Below are positions 43,341 through 57,561 of a stretch of DNA of 64,000 nt, piece after piece. The notes beneath the pieces are model-generated. The model was not told the origin of the DNA. It saw nothing but the letters and a program-made list of their open reading frames with translations, and made no database searches. A program made the position numbers and the translations under genes. The stretch lies in the NCBI RefSeq assembly GCF_009914755.1, contig NC_060932.1. One strand, given 5' to 3'. Positions within the stretch are counted from its first letter, which is position 1, and the number at the start of each line of letters is the position of its first letter. The stretch is from the human T2T-CHM13v2.0 reference genome, Homo sapiens.

Positions 43341-44634
43341 TTATACTAGAGTATGAGGTAGTTTTATCCCAAACAGTAGGAGACTGACAGGGGTCAATGC
43401 TGGTTCAGAGAAAGTTTTCCACTCTGTGGGGCATTTAGGTTTAAGAGCCAAGGGTCAACTGGGGAGAGCATTTGACTTAGATGGGCATTATCTATGAGAA
43501 AAGAAAGGGTAGAAATTCACATTGTAAACCCAACTGTAGAGTCTCAGGGAATAGATTGGCTCTCAGATGATGGCCTTTTAAAAAATGCTAGTGTGGATTG
43601 TGCACTCACTGTGTGCCAGTCACTGAGCTGCTGGGGCCCTGTGTGATCGTCTCTTTCGCCCTCACAGTAGCCGCAGCGCTGTAAACAGTGTTCCCATTTT
43701 GCAGATGAGAAACTGAGACTCAAATCACTTTTTTCCAAAGTCATAACATTAGCACTGGAGCTAGATTTTGAACCCACATCTCACAGACTTTTAGAGCTTG
43801 AAGGTTTAACTTCTGCCCCATGTTCCCATCTCTGAAGTTTAACAAAGACAGAGTGGCTGCTTTTAAAATCTATGCCTTTGCTATGGATTTTAAAGGGTGT
43901 AGCGGAGAGACTGAAAGCGGGCTTGGATTTTTATAAGTTGTTGAAGGTGGTGATAATTCTAGAGTGTAGGCACGGAGGGGGCCAGCAGGCAAGAGGCAAT
44001 GGGACTGTAACGAAACAATCCCAAGTCTGGTGGGTTGGTTTGGGGCTGCTGCAGGGAGGGAGGCACGGGGGCAGTGAGGCTGGAACTCTGAGAGGCAGCC
44101 CCGGAGGTAAACCTCCATTCCTGACGGCACTCTTTTTTTGAGCATGGAAGAAGTCAGAACACGCGTTACCCCTTGTGTTAGCTCTCTGCATGAGTTCAGA
44201 GTATCCCTGGGTCTGAATTAAACAAATGACATTTTACAGATAGATTTTACAGATACGTTATGAGTCGATATTTCTTAAAGCATGTCTACCTTCCATAATG
44301 CCAGAATTCCTCCTTTTCCTTTGTGAGGTGAAGATGAATGTTAGAGTAGAAAGAATTGTAAACTCCTTGGTAGGTTTAAGCAGTTATCAAGTACCTTGAA
44401 TGTGAGTAGTAAATTCTCACCCAAGGGCAAGGGTAGACCTTTTGAGATAGAAAGGGTGGATATTGGGATCCCGGAGCCCCAAATCCCCTGAGGTTGTCTT
44501 GGTGAGAGTGCCACGGGGTACCCTGTTTCTGGCAGGTTTTTCTTGGTGTTTGGGCAGCATGGTGCATCTCCCATGGTGTGAGCGTGGCTGGGAGCCCTCT
44601 TGGCTGTTACTACATCCAGCCTTTGTCTCTCCAG

Positions 44635-44743
44635 GGATGGGGGCCTGAAGAGGGAGAAGGTGAAGGACACGTTCAAGGAGGAGCAGCAGAAGCTGTACAG
44701 CAAGATGATCGTGGGGAACCACAAGGACAGGAGCCGCTCCTGA
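44635..44743 (+). CDS. GPAT4: GPAT4 exon 13 coding part
   Basis: ctctccag|G; DGGLKREKVKDTFKEEQQKLYSKMIVGNHKDRSRS; TGA at 44741-44743. Cumulative CDS is 1371 nt. Confidence 0.97.
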
Positions 44744-45419
44744 GCCTGCCTCCAGCTGGCTGGGGCCACCGTGCGGGGTGCCAACGGGCTCAGAGCTGGA
44801 GTTGCCGCCGCCGCCCCCACTGCTGTGTCCTTTCCAGACTCCAGGGCTCCCCGGGCTGCTCTGGATCCCAGGACTCCGGCTTTCGCCGAGCCGCAGCGGG
44901 ATCCCTGTGCACCCGGCGCAGCCTACCCTTGGTGGTCTAAACGGATGCTGCTGGGTGTTGCGACCCAGGACGAGATGCCTTGTTTCTTTTACAATAAGTC
45001 GTTGGAGGAATGCCATTAAAGTGAACTCCCCACCTTTGCACGCTGTGCGGGCTGAGTGGTTGGGGAGATGTGGCCATGGTCTTGTGCTAGAGATGGCGGT
45101 ACAAGAGTCTGTTATGCAAGCCCGTGTGCCAGGGATGTGCTGGGGGCGGCCACCCGCTCTCCAGGAAAGGCACAGCTGAGGCACTGTGGCTGGCTTCGGC
45201 CTCAACATCGCCCCCAGCCTTGGAGCTCTGCAGACATGATAGGAAGGAAACTGTCATCTGCAGGGGCTTTCAGCAAAATGAAGGGTTAGATTTTTATGCT
45301 GCTGCTGATGGGGTTACTAAAGGGAGGGGAAGAGGCCAGGTGGGCCGCTGACTGGGCCATGGGGAGAACGTGTGTTCGTACTCCAGGCTAACCCTGAACT
45401 CCCCATGTGATGCGCGCTT

Positions 45420-45550
45420 TGTTGAATGTGTGTCTCGGTTTCCCCATCTGTAATATGAGTCGGGGGGAATGGTGGTGATTCCTACCTCACAGGGCTGTTG
45501 TGGGGATTAAAGTGCTGCGGGTGAGTGAAGGACACATCACGTTCAGTGTT
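45420..45550. mobile_element. MIR core in the GPAT4 3'UTR
   Basis: ctcggtttccccatctgtaa...cctacctcacagggctgttgtggggattaaa. Confidence 0.7.
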
Positions 45551-45633
45551 TCAAGTACAGGCCCACAAAACGGGGCACGGCAGGCCTGAGCTCAGAGCTG
45601 CTGCACTGGGCTTTGGATTTGTTCTTGTGAGTA

Positions 45634-45639
45634 AATAAA
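45634..45639 (+). terminator. Proximal poly(A) signal candidate
   Basis: AATAAA ~890 nt after the stop codon, followed by a pyrimidine-rich downstream tract (cttctccctttactttct). Confidence 0.65.
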
Positions 45640-47588
45640 ACTGGCTGGTGAATGAACTGGGGGACTTCTCCCTTTACTTTCTCCCCTGGCTGTGGCCCTG
45701 AGTAGCAGGCTTCTCGTGAGGATTCCCGTTCTCTTCTGGGAGCATGGCCCTGGGGCTGCGGAGAAGCCAACTGACTGCTGGAGCGAGGAACCCTGCAGCT
45801 CAGAAGGTGAACAGCTCGTCTCAGATGCTTGCAGATCTTTGGTTAATTTAGAATTTCCAGCACAGACGTGGATTTCTCCAGAGACGGGGTGTGTGCGGGT
45901 CGCTGATGTGAGGCCTAGGGGAAGCAATGAGTAAACTCCAGGGTGGGGGAGGAGCAAGGGCCCGGGGAGGGCTGCAGAGGGGCCGGGGCGGGGCAGGGCC
46001 TGTGCTGCATGGTGGCTTCTGCAGGGGAGGAACAGGGGACAGGGGAGGGCTGCAGAGGGGCAGGGTGGGCAGGGCATGTGCTGCATGGCAGCTTCTGCAC
46101 AGCCAGAGCAGGCACCACAGGAAAAGAGTCGGCCACTGGTGCCTGCTGTACAGTCACAGTGGAGGCAGAGCCAAGGCCAAGCAGCCCCTGTGGGTTCTGG
46201 GGTTTCACCAGTTTCATGCTCCTCAGCTCCCCATTCATGCCCCACCAGCCCTCACTTGGGACCCATGCTCCCTCGTGGCACAGTCATGATGCCTCTCAGG
46301 ATTTTGTGCCTGTGGTGCTGAGTGTCACGTCCCCAAGGTCGCCCTCTGGCCTGCAGTTCAGGGAGTGGGTGGGAGTGAAGCTGTGCTCCTGGGGCTGCAG
46401 ACAGATCCACTTTGCATGTGGTACCTGCTGGGTTGGCCCTGCAATCTCCTTTTCTCTGCACCTACCTGTGACCTCCCTGGGAGAGCCTCCCATTTCCTCA
46501 CCTGCCCTGTTGCCAGCCCGGGGGAAATCTTTTTGCTCTCAAATGAAGACTGAAAAAATAAAGTCAGTGTTATGACTAATAAGTCTCTTAGGAACTGTTT
46601 TACAAAATGCTTAAGAATAAAAAGTGATTTTCAGCTTTTATAGGTGATGTTTACAGTGTTTGTAAACCAACTGGAGGGATCAGTAATTGGTCTTAAAAGA
46701 TCAGGTTCTCTTTTAAAAAGTTCATCTGAAACTTTATGATTTGTTACTTTCGTGATTTGCATAGGTATTTATATATACACACACACAGGTTTTGCTTTTG
46801 TCTCACATTCAGCACAGCTGTCTGCGGCCCCTGCCGGCAGGTGTGGCCGCACCTGGTGTGAAGTCACGTGGAGTCAGTGCTGTGGAGGGAAGTCCTGTGC
46901 GGGCCGGGCAGTGAGGAGAGCACTGATTCACGCCTGCAGAAACGTAACCTCCCCTTTCCGTGTATGCCTTTTACCATCATCCAGGCGACTGCTCCATCCT
47001 TTTAAATTAGGGGTCCTGCAAGCCCCAAGTGACCCATAGTCAGAGTATCTGGTTTGGGGTAACCGAGTTGGTCTTATGGGGCAAAAACTCAAGACACTTA
47101 GAAACATGCAAAGTACAAAATAATGTGTTCCCTCCTGTTACCCCAGCAAGGGTGGGGCTGAGCTGGGAATGACACCCAGTGGTGTAATGAGTGGAAAGTG
47201 CTGGTCAGCTGCTAACCCCCCTCCAAGCCTGCTGCACCTTCACTTCTCTGCATCCGTCTCCTGAGTCATAACTAGGGACTTGGCTAGATGACCTCAGAGA
47301 CCTCGTCCACCTCTGAATTCTCTATTTTTAAGCCCATAGTTCAAACTTTGGCTTTGATCTCTGAAGTCTTCTGGGTTTGGAAATACGGGAAGTCAGCTTT
47401 GAATCCATTGCTTCTCTAAAACATCAGGGCTAGTGGAACTAACCCACTTGAAGGTGACCTCAAGGGCTTTAGGCAGCCATGGGGCTGGGGCCATACTGCT
47501 CTCAGGCTGGGCAGTATCTTCATTGTGGTTCTCAGACAGACAGCCTTTTTTACTCAAACATGAGACTTTCCACCCACCAGTTAGGGAA

Positions 47589-47924
<336 letters not shown>

Positions 47925-48730
47925 TGACAGCAGAACCAGCCTTGGGACTTGATGCTTCACCGTGTCAGAATCCGTCCCTGGTGCTGCCTTTCAGAGAAGA
48001 GGCTTGATGTGTGAGGGGTCAGGGGGAGTGCTCCAGATCCCTGAAATGCCCTTCCCAGACCAGTGACAGGCATTTTTGGGTGCCATCGTGTGACCTTCAC
48101 GGCACAGCAAACAGTGGGCACTAACCCTGTTGTCCTGTGGAAATCTGGGTCTCTGAATCCTGCCATTTCCTTCCTGGAATTGGCCAGGAACTTGATTTTC
48201 TGGGCTATTGCTTGCTAGTGTCCCCTGATGCATGAAGGATCCCCCCATGTCATAGGTCCCACCTGCCTGCTGTGCATCCCGGGTGGCCAGACTCGGCTTC
48301 TCCAGGTGCACTTGTCCCAGGTGGCCCGGTCCGTAGGCTGGAAGGGCAGCTGCAGGTGCACTGCCTCGCGGACAGGTTAGGATATGGCCACGCAGCCATC
48401 CATCTTCTACAGCACGCACACCCCACTCTCTCCCCCAGTCAATATGTCTCTCTCCGATGGGAAAGTTAATAAATTTTGCTCTAGATTAAAAGTATTGATC
48501 ATTTCATTTGTAAACGATAAATAAAAAGGGGGAACTTTTCATTGCGCCAGGGGTGGCACCTGGCGTGTGTTGCGGGGGTGATTGCGCTGGCTCCCGGGGG
48601 GTGGGCTTCTCATATGCATTCTGGCCGGCCAGCTGCATTGATTTCCTATTAGTCTCCCAGCACCACCCAGTAACACATCATTTCAGTACCTGCTATTAAT
48701 GGTCTTTTGATAAATAATCACTTGTAAGTC

Positions 48731-48747
48731 AATAAATTTTTATTAAA
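48731..48747 (+). terminator. Distal poly(A) signal candidate
   Basis: AATAAA 48731 plus ATTAAA 48742, upstream TGTA, and GU/U-rich downstream sequence (tgtggctctttgattt). Confidence 0.6.
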
Positions 48748-49470
48748 CAGTGTGGCTCTTTGATTTATTAAAATCCGACCGTGTTTGTCTGGGAGAAAAG
48801 GGATGCCGAATTGAAGTGGAGGTTTTCATACATCTTCCTGACGCGGAGCAGTCACCACACACTCCAGAGAAAAACAATTGCATTTTAACAGAAACAAAAC
48901 GGCCGAGTTTGGAACTTGGGCCCAGGCAAACTTTATCTCCGTCAGCCTGAGGCTTACTCTGCAGGAATCAGCTGCAGGCTGGAGGGCGCCGAGTTGAGAA
49001 CTTTGTGTTGGCCTCCAAGAGTGCCCAGGTGCCAGGGCTGGATGCCTCTGCTGGGCTGCGTTCTGAGATGGCACGTACCGGCCCTCTCCCAGCTGGGGAT
49101 GCACCCTGGGGCAGGCACCCTTTGTCAGCAGACATCTGTCATCAACAAGAGAAGCTCGTGTGGCAGGACCCTTTAGCTTCCTTCCTGGCCAAATCGCCAC
49201 CAGAGTCACCTGTGGCAGGAAGATGTGGCAGGAGACAGTCTTTTGCAGCAATCGGGCTGTGTGGATTATTTCTTACAGTGTGGGCCAATAGCTGAAGACT
49301 GGAAATGCCTTTTTGTGAGATTTTCATTGGCATAGAGTTTGCTGTAAAGAGTTTGGCACTTTATCGAGACAAATATGGCCCCAAACAGATGGTCTTACAT
49401 AGATCAACCCAACCACTGACGATACAACCAGAATTCTCACCCAGGGGAAGTTGTAGGAAAGGGAAAACAC

Positions 49471-51067
49471 TTTTTTTTTTATTGATCATTCTTGGGTGTT
49501 TCTCGCAGAGGGGGATTTGGCAGGGTCATAGGACAATAGTGGAGGGAAGGTCAGCAGATAAACAAGTGAACAAAGGTCTCTGGTTTTCCTAGGCAGAGGA
49601 CCCTGCGGCCTTCCGCAGTGTTTGTGTCCCTGGGTACTTGAGATTAGGGAGTGGTGATGACTCTTAACGAGCATGCTGCCTTCGAGCATCTGTTTAACAA
49701 AGCACATCTTGCACTGCCCTTAATCCATTTAACCCTGAGTGGACACAGCACATGTTTCAGGGAGCACAGGGTTGGGGGTAAGGTCACAGATCAACAGGAT
49801 CCCAAGGCAGAAGAATTTTTCTTAGTACAGAACAAAATGAAAAGTCTCCCATGTCTACTTCTTTCTACACAGACACGGCAACCATCCGATTTCTCAATCT
49901 TTTCCCCACCTTTCCCCCCTTTCTATTCCACAAAACCGCCATTGTCATCCTGGCCCGTTCTCAATGAGCTGTTGGGTACACCTCCCAGACGGGGTGGTGG
50001 CCGGGCAGAGGGGCTCCTCACTTCCCAGTAGGGGCGGCCAGGCAGAGGCGCCCCTCACCTCCTGGACGGGGCGGCTGGCCGGGCGGGGGGCTGACCCCCC
50101 CACCTCCCTCCCGGACGGGGCGGCTGGCCGGGCGGGGGGCTGACCCCCCCAACCTCCCTCCCGGACGGGGCGGCTGGCCGGGCGGGGGGCTGACCCCCCT
50201 CCAACCTCCCTCCCGGACGGGGTGGCTGCCGGGCGGAGGGGCTCCTCACTTCTCAGACGGGGCGGTTGCCAGGCAGAGGGTCTCCTCACTTCTCAGACGG
50301 GGCGGCCGGGCAGAGACGCTCCTCACCTCCCAGACGGGGTCGCGGCCGGGCAGAGGCGCTCCTCACATCCCAGACGGGGCGGTGGGGCAGAGGCACTCCC
50401 CACATCTCAGACGATGGGCGGCCGGGCAGAGACGCTCCTCACTTCCTAGATGTGATGGCGGCCGGGAAGAGGCGCTCCTCACTTCCTAGATGGGATGGCG
50501 GCTGGGCAGAGACGCTCCTCACTTTCCAGACTGGGCAGCCAGGCAGAGGGGCTCCTCACATCCCAGACGATGGGCGGCCAGGCAGAGACGCTCCTCACTT
50601 CCCAGACGGGGTGGCAGCCGGGCAGAGGCTGCAATCTCGGCACTTTGGGAGGCCAAGGCAGGCGGCTGGGAGGTGGAGGTTGTAGCGAGCCGAGATCACG
50701 CCACTGCACTCCAGCCTGGGCACCATTGAGCACTGAGTGAACGAGACTCCGTCTGCAATCCCGGCACCTCGGGAGGCCGAGGCTGGCGGATCACTCGCGG
50801 TTAGGAGCTGGAGACCGGCCCGGCCAACACAGCGAAATCCCGTCTCCACCAAAAAAATACGAAAACCAGTCAGGTGTGGCGGTGCGTCCCTGCAATCGCA
50901 GGCACTCGGCAGGCTGAGGCAGGAGAATCAGGCAGGGAGGTTGCAGTGAGCCGAGATGGCAGCAGTACAGTCCAGCTTTGGCTCGGCATCAGAGGGAGAC
51001 CGTAGAAAGAGAGGGAGAGGGAGACCGTGGGGAGAGGGAGAGGGAGAGGGAGAGGGGGAGCGGGAGG
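49471..51067 (-). mobile_element. Full-length SVA retrotransposon (~1.6 kb; D-like, subfamily uncertain)
   Basis: On the - strand: (CCCTCT)n head ~51005-51067, Alu-like region, GC-rich VNTR ~49980-50630, SINE-R, AATAAA and short poly(A). TSD GGGAAAACACTTT at 49461-49473 and 51068-51080. Confidence 0.96.
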
Positions 51068-52005
51068 GGGAAAACACTTTCTAGTGTTTCTAGTAAACGT
51101 TTTTATTAAAGCAAATAGTTGGAACACCTTCTTCTTGACCCTCCCTCGTCCAGGCTGCTGCTGCGGACTTCCCATTCATGCTTAGTGTGGCAGGTAGGAA
51201 CACACAAGGGCTTTTGACAGCAGGACTCTCAGTAAGAAGTGTGGCTGCAGGCCCTAGTGCGCTCCAACCTGCTGCAGGCCTTCTCTGGGGTTGTTAGGAT
51301 TTCCTTCTCTCTCCTGGTCTCAGGGGACCTTGAAGGCGGTTAGGAAGCTGGACGGCAGAAAACAAACAGGTATGAATGTCCCGCAGAGCAGGCAAATGCT
51401 AGTAGAGTGGTTTTCAGGAGTGTGGTCCAGGCTGTGCCCATGTGCAGGAGGCTGGTCAAGGACCTAGTTTCTCTTCCAAGGACTTCCAGCCCCGCCCCCA
51501 GGAATGTGCCAGGCTGGCCAGCGAAGCCGGAGGACACCATGGTTGTGGATTCCCAGCACACGGGGAACTGTAGGAGCACCTGGCATTTTACACATAGAGA
51601 CTTCAAGTCCACTTTCAGGGTTAAGCAGGACACTTCTGAAACGCTTCACTGGGGGCTTCCCTCTAGCCTGCGCTGGCTCCCCGACACCTCACTTCCTGTG
51701 CCCACACCCATCCCACTGCACTGTTAGGAGCACTTTGCTGGGGAGGCTGAAGAACCATCTCAGGCTTTCTCATACTCCATGAGGTTACTTCCTATGCAGG
51801 AGTCAAATACATTAAACTGGGAAAGGAATGGCTCTTGCTTGTCAGCTGCCATTACAGCTGCTGATGGGGATCAGGGAGTGAGGTTGGCTAAAGGCAGGAC
51901 AAGGGGCATTTGGGCCATCACCCGGCAGGTACCTGTACCACCTGTTGATGTCACCAGCAGGAAGCCACAGCAAGGGGGATGTCAGGAGGCTCTGTCTGCC
52001 TTTAG

Positions 52006-52680
<675 letters not shown>

Positions 52681-55034
52681 GACGAAAATGCACTTTCAGT
52701 GCATTTGAACCCCTCCATATGCACAGACTCAGCTCTGGATGGCTGGATGTGAGATCAAGAGGTTAACTGGTGCCTTTCCTTCTGATTCATCCAGAGTCCT
52801 AGGCAGATGTTCGGAGGCTCCCTCTGCACCCTCTTGCCCTGTGTTCCAAATACAGACAAACACCTTGCTCCTCCCTGCTGAGGAGTCAGGGCTGGGTGGG
52901 GGGCACGGAGGCCCTGCTCAGCCTCTGCAGGAGAGGCTGGAAAGAGAGGCTGGGAGGGCCCAGCCTGGGGCCGGGGTCCCGGTTCCTGCTGCTCGGCGTG
53001 GGCTTGGGGAAGGGCTGTGCATACGCAGATTGATCCGCCAGCTGTGATTTGTCATTTCTCCCAGGCAGGCGCTGTTTTCTCTTGGTTCAGGAGGCCCCTT
53101 CGACACCTGCTTTATTTTTCTTCCTGCGCTGACGTGACGGGAGACAGGTGTTAAACTACTTAATCACTTTAAAATTGTTTTAATTTTCTGTTTTTTATTG
53201 ATCTCTCCAGCACCAATTAATCAGCTCACTGGACCAGGCAGTTAGTACATTAAAAATTGTCAGGGAGGCCGTGCATCTTGCAAAATGTCTAAAAAATATT
53301 CGGCTGGCAAATTTTGCTTTTCTTTGGCATGCAACAGTCCGTGGCCCATGAAACTCCCACTCAGAAAAGGCCTCTGCCTCCGGGACTCGTGTGCAGGGAG
53401 TATTCAGGCCACTGCAGGAGCTCTGGCCAGGGGCTTCTGGTAGGGCAACACTGGACGCAGGTGCCTGGCTCATCAGTGATTTGCCACCTTTCCTTCCACT
53501 TTTGTTCTGTTTCTTACACATCCTGGGTCTGATTTCCCCAAGGACTTTGGGAGTTTTTGTGGAAGGGGACTTGACAGTCTGTAACTGCCCCGTGAGGCCA
53601 GGACAGAGGGTCTAAAGCAACTGTCCATTTCCACAAAATCTCCCAACATCCGGCCCCTGAGCCCACAGCCAGATTTCCCCTCCCTGGGACATGAGCACTT
53701 TTGACTTGTCCTTCTGACAATGCCAAAACCACCTCCCTGGGGCAGGGGACCCCTATGCTGGGTACACTCCGTCTGCTGGCGGGCAGCGGTTGTGTCATGC
53801 TGCCTCTTCCCCGGCACCCAGTGATGGGCCTGAAGCCCTTCCACAGAATGTCCTGGGCAGCGCCACTCCACACCCACTGTCACTGTCACTGGCTCCTGTG
53901 CTGCAAGCCTTCACTGCCTGTCTTTTGTCACCCCTCTGGAAAACGATTTATTAACTACTTGGCTGTACTTCTCATTCAATAAAATATGGATGGAACAACC
54001 AGAGACTTCAACCTCACTTCTTGGGGTGAGAACTGTGTTTTCCAGTTTTCCCATGTTCGCCTAGTTTCCTATGACTTTCCAAGAGCAAGCCTCTTATTTC
54101 TTCTGGGGTGCATTAACCATCCCGCAGACTGTCCGCAGGTTCTGGGTCACCCGCTTCTTCCTGGGAGCACCACCCTCCCACAGCAGCCCTTGTTCCCCTA
54201 CCCCTGTCTGCAGGCCCAGTGGGCCCCGTGCAGATGGACATTTCCTCCCCTCCTCCATGCTTCCGGCTCACGGGGCTCCGCAGAGAGCTAAGCCCAGGCC
54301 CTTGAGACTCAGGGGTCCTAGTCCCTAACTGAGAAGGGCTGCCCCCGGCCCCCCACCCCACATTCTGGAAAGTTGGAGGGCGTGGGCCTCGGGGGCCGGC
54401 ACAGCCAGCCCTGGTTCTGGCCATGGACTTATCTCCCTCACCCCACCCTCTGGTATTAATTGGTATATGATTGGGCCGGGACATATAATCTAGTATTGAT
54501 TTTCTCTCTGGACGCCACAGTTTTATTTGCTCACATCTGCCTTGTGTTTAATTGGTGCTTTGCTCTGGAAACAGAGATCTTATCGGCCTGCTGGGTTTCT
54601 TTTCCTGGGGCACACAGGCACGCACAGTCCCAACCCTGCCTCTCCCGGACCCTCCCACAGCCAGGCCTGCCCAGGCTTAAGGGGATGGCGGGGAATGACC
54701 CAGGGGGTTTGCTTTACTCTTGACCTCCCGAGCTGGGGCTGATCCTTCCTGGAGTGAATGTGTGTGTGTCTGCGATGATCACTGGGGAACGCTGGCTTTG
54801 GGTGGGGCCTGGGTTCATACCCGCTTCCTCCATGTATGTCTTCGCGGCTGGCCTCTTGAGTTTTTCGGCACAGTAATATCTCTTCCTTATCTGAGAGAAA
54901 GGTAGAATGGATACCTGCTCTGTAGGACTCCTGGAGATTACCTTTCAGGCCCCATACAGCACCTGGCACTTAGTAGGCGTAATGAACAGCAGCTCCTTTG
55001 TCACTTGCCTGGTCCCACTCAGCCCATGCAGCTC

Positions 55035-55897
<863 letters not shown>

Positions 55898-57561
55898 GTT
55901 CCATGTAACTGCAGGCATGGAGGGAGAGAGCCACAGGCATGTGCATTGGAAAGGCGGTATCTCCCACTGACACCTCTGTTTGTAGGGCTGGGCTGGGGGT
56001 ATCATGTCCTCCTAGGGACCCACAATCCAATGACAGCCTCTGACCCCAAGGCCCTGTGGTCACCGCCCCCCGCCGCCTTGTCTGAGGTTGAGGGCTTTTG
56101 TCCTCTGCACCCAAGAGCTCACCCTCAGGAGGGGCTTTCCTGCCCCTGCCCTCCCAGCTCCACCACACCCCGGCCCCTGCATGTTGGGTTTTTGTTTTTC
56201 CCTTGTCTGGCACTGGGGCTGTTCGGCCCTGCCTGGGCTTTTTGTAGCAAAGGGAAGAGAGAAAGGCTGGGGTAAACACTGATTTCCTATTGACACAACA
56301 TTAATTCTCTTGCTCGGACAGGTGAATGTGCTTTCACTCACTTTACCAAGATTAATGATACTTGTTTGCTTGCTAAGAGAGGCCTAATGAGGGGCTTTGG
56401 AACACATGCCTTCTGGGCTGGCGGAGGGAAGAAGGCTGCAGGCTGCTGGACTTGGGAAGAGAAGCAGCCTCCCCATGCTGCTTCCAACACCACGGCTCCT
56501 CCTTGGGCACTGGTGCCTTTCCCTAGCGGCAACAGGATCAAGGAGTTATTGGATAAAGAATGTGGGCTCTTTGTGTCCTGCCCCTGGGGTTATTTCTGAC
56601 AAGGAGAACTTCTCAACAGACCTGCAAATGGGGTCCCTAGTCAGTCCGCCCCTACCCCTGCCCCTACCCCTACCCCTGCCAGTCACCAGAAGCTCTCCTC
56701 CTACCTGTGCAAACCATAACTTCCCTCCATTTGTGCCCAAGGCCAAGGTCAAATATAGGATCAGTCTTTGCTTTATGGCTCTGAAGAGTAAAAAATAGTA
56801 TCGGAGAGGACAAGCTGGGGCTTCTGAGGTGGGACAGCTGGCAGACGAGCATTGGTTCCATGAAGGATGCCCGTGACTTTAAGGGAGGGGACTCCTGGGC
56901 CTGTGAGTGATGTGGCAATAAGACTGGATCAGAGCCGTTTCTGCCTTGTGACTTTGTAGGTTCAGCACAGCTTGAATAAGAAGTCCTACAGCCTCTCTTC
57001 TCAGCAAAACAGCCGGGGGCAGATCACGAAAGCGGGTGCAGGGGTGGAGTCGTTCCAGTCTCAGGCTGTTCCAGATTCAGGGACTGCTAGGATCTCCTGA
57101 GGACCCCCTCACCTGGTGGGAGGCAGACCAGGCCATGCCACAAGCAGCCAGATGCAGCAGGCCTCCACCGAACAGAAGCACCAGCTCTCAGGCAGAGCCA
57201 TGCTAGAATTGTAAGGCCAGCGTTGCCTTCTTTCCAGCACTGAGCAGCAGCAATTTAGCAAATTCTGCTAAAGCAGGGTCTCTTGAGAAAATAAATAAAT
57301 ACAATCTTAAACCCCAAGAGCCTACGGAGGTTTTCTTCCATAAGACCTTCTGCAGGCATTGCGCGGCAGGACACCTGGACCTGTCATTGCTCTGTCTTTC
57401 ACCCTTGCCACCTTTCTGGGTCATTCGTATCTTTGTCATCTGGGGAAGAAGGAAAAACCACAGAAATCTATTAGGTCATATGTGGACAACTCCATAGAGG
57501 GCAGGGAGAACCAAAACATATGGATTTAAATCAAATTGGGCTTTAAAAATCACTCTTTCCC

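Noticed and set aside
44417-45208. 263-aa antisense ORF over GPAT4 exon 13 and the 3'UTR
   Set aside because: Near-cognate start, GC-rich shadow of a coding exon, no recognisable domain or supporting promoter.
45592-46575. 210-217 aa ORFs on both strands
   Set aside because: Explained by the G-rich tandem duplication and low stop density.
49980-50630. Regular 35-50 bp repeat array resembling CRISPR or a novel repeat system
   Set aside because: It is the SVA VNTR. There are no unique spacers or cas genes, and the context is eukaryotic.
57490-57505. CTCF-like ccatagagggcag
   Set aside because: The 5' half of the core is misregistered; too weak to call without ChIP data.
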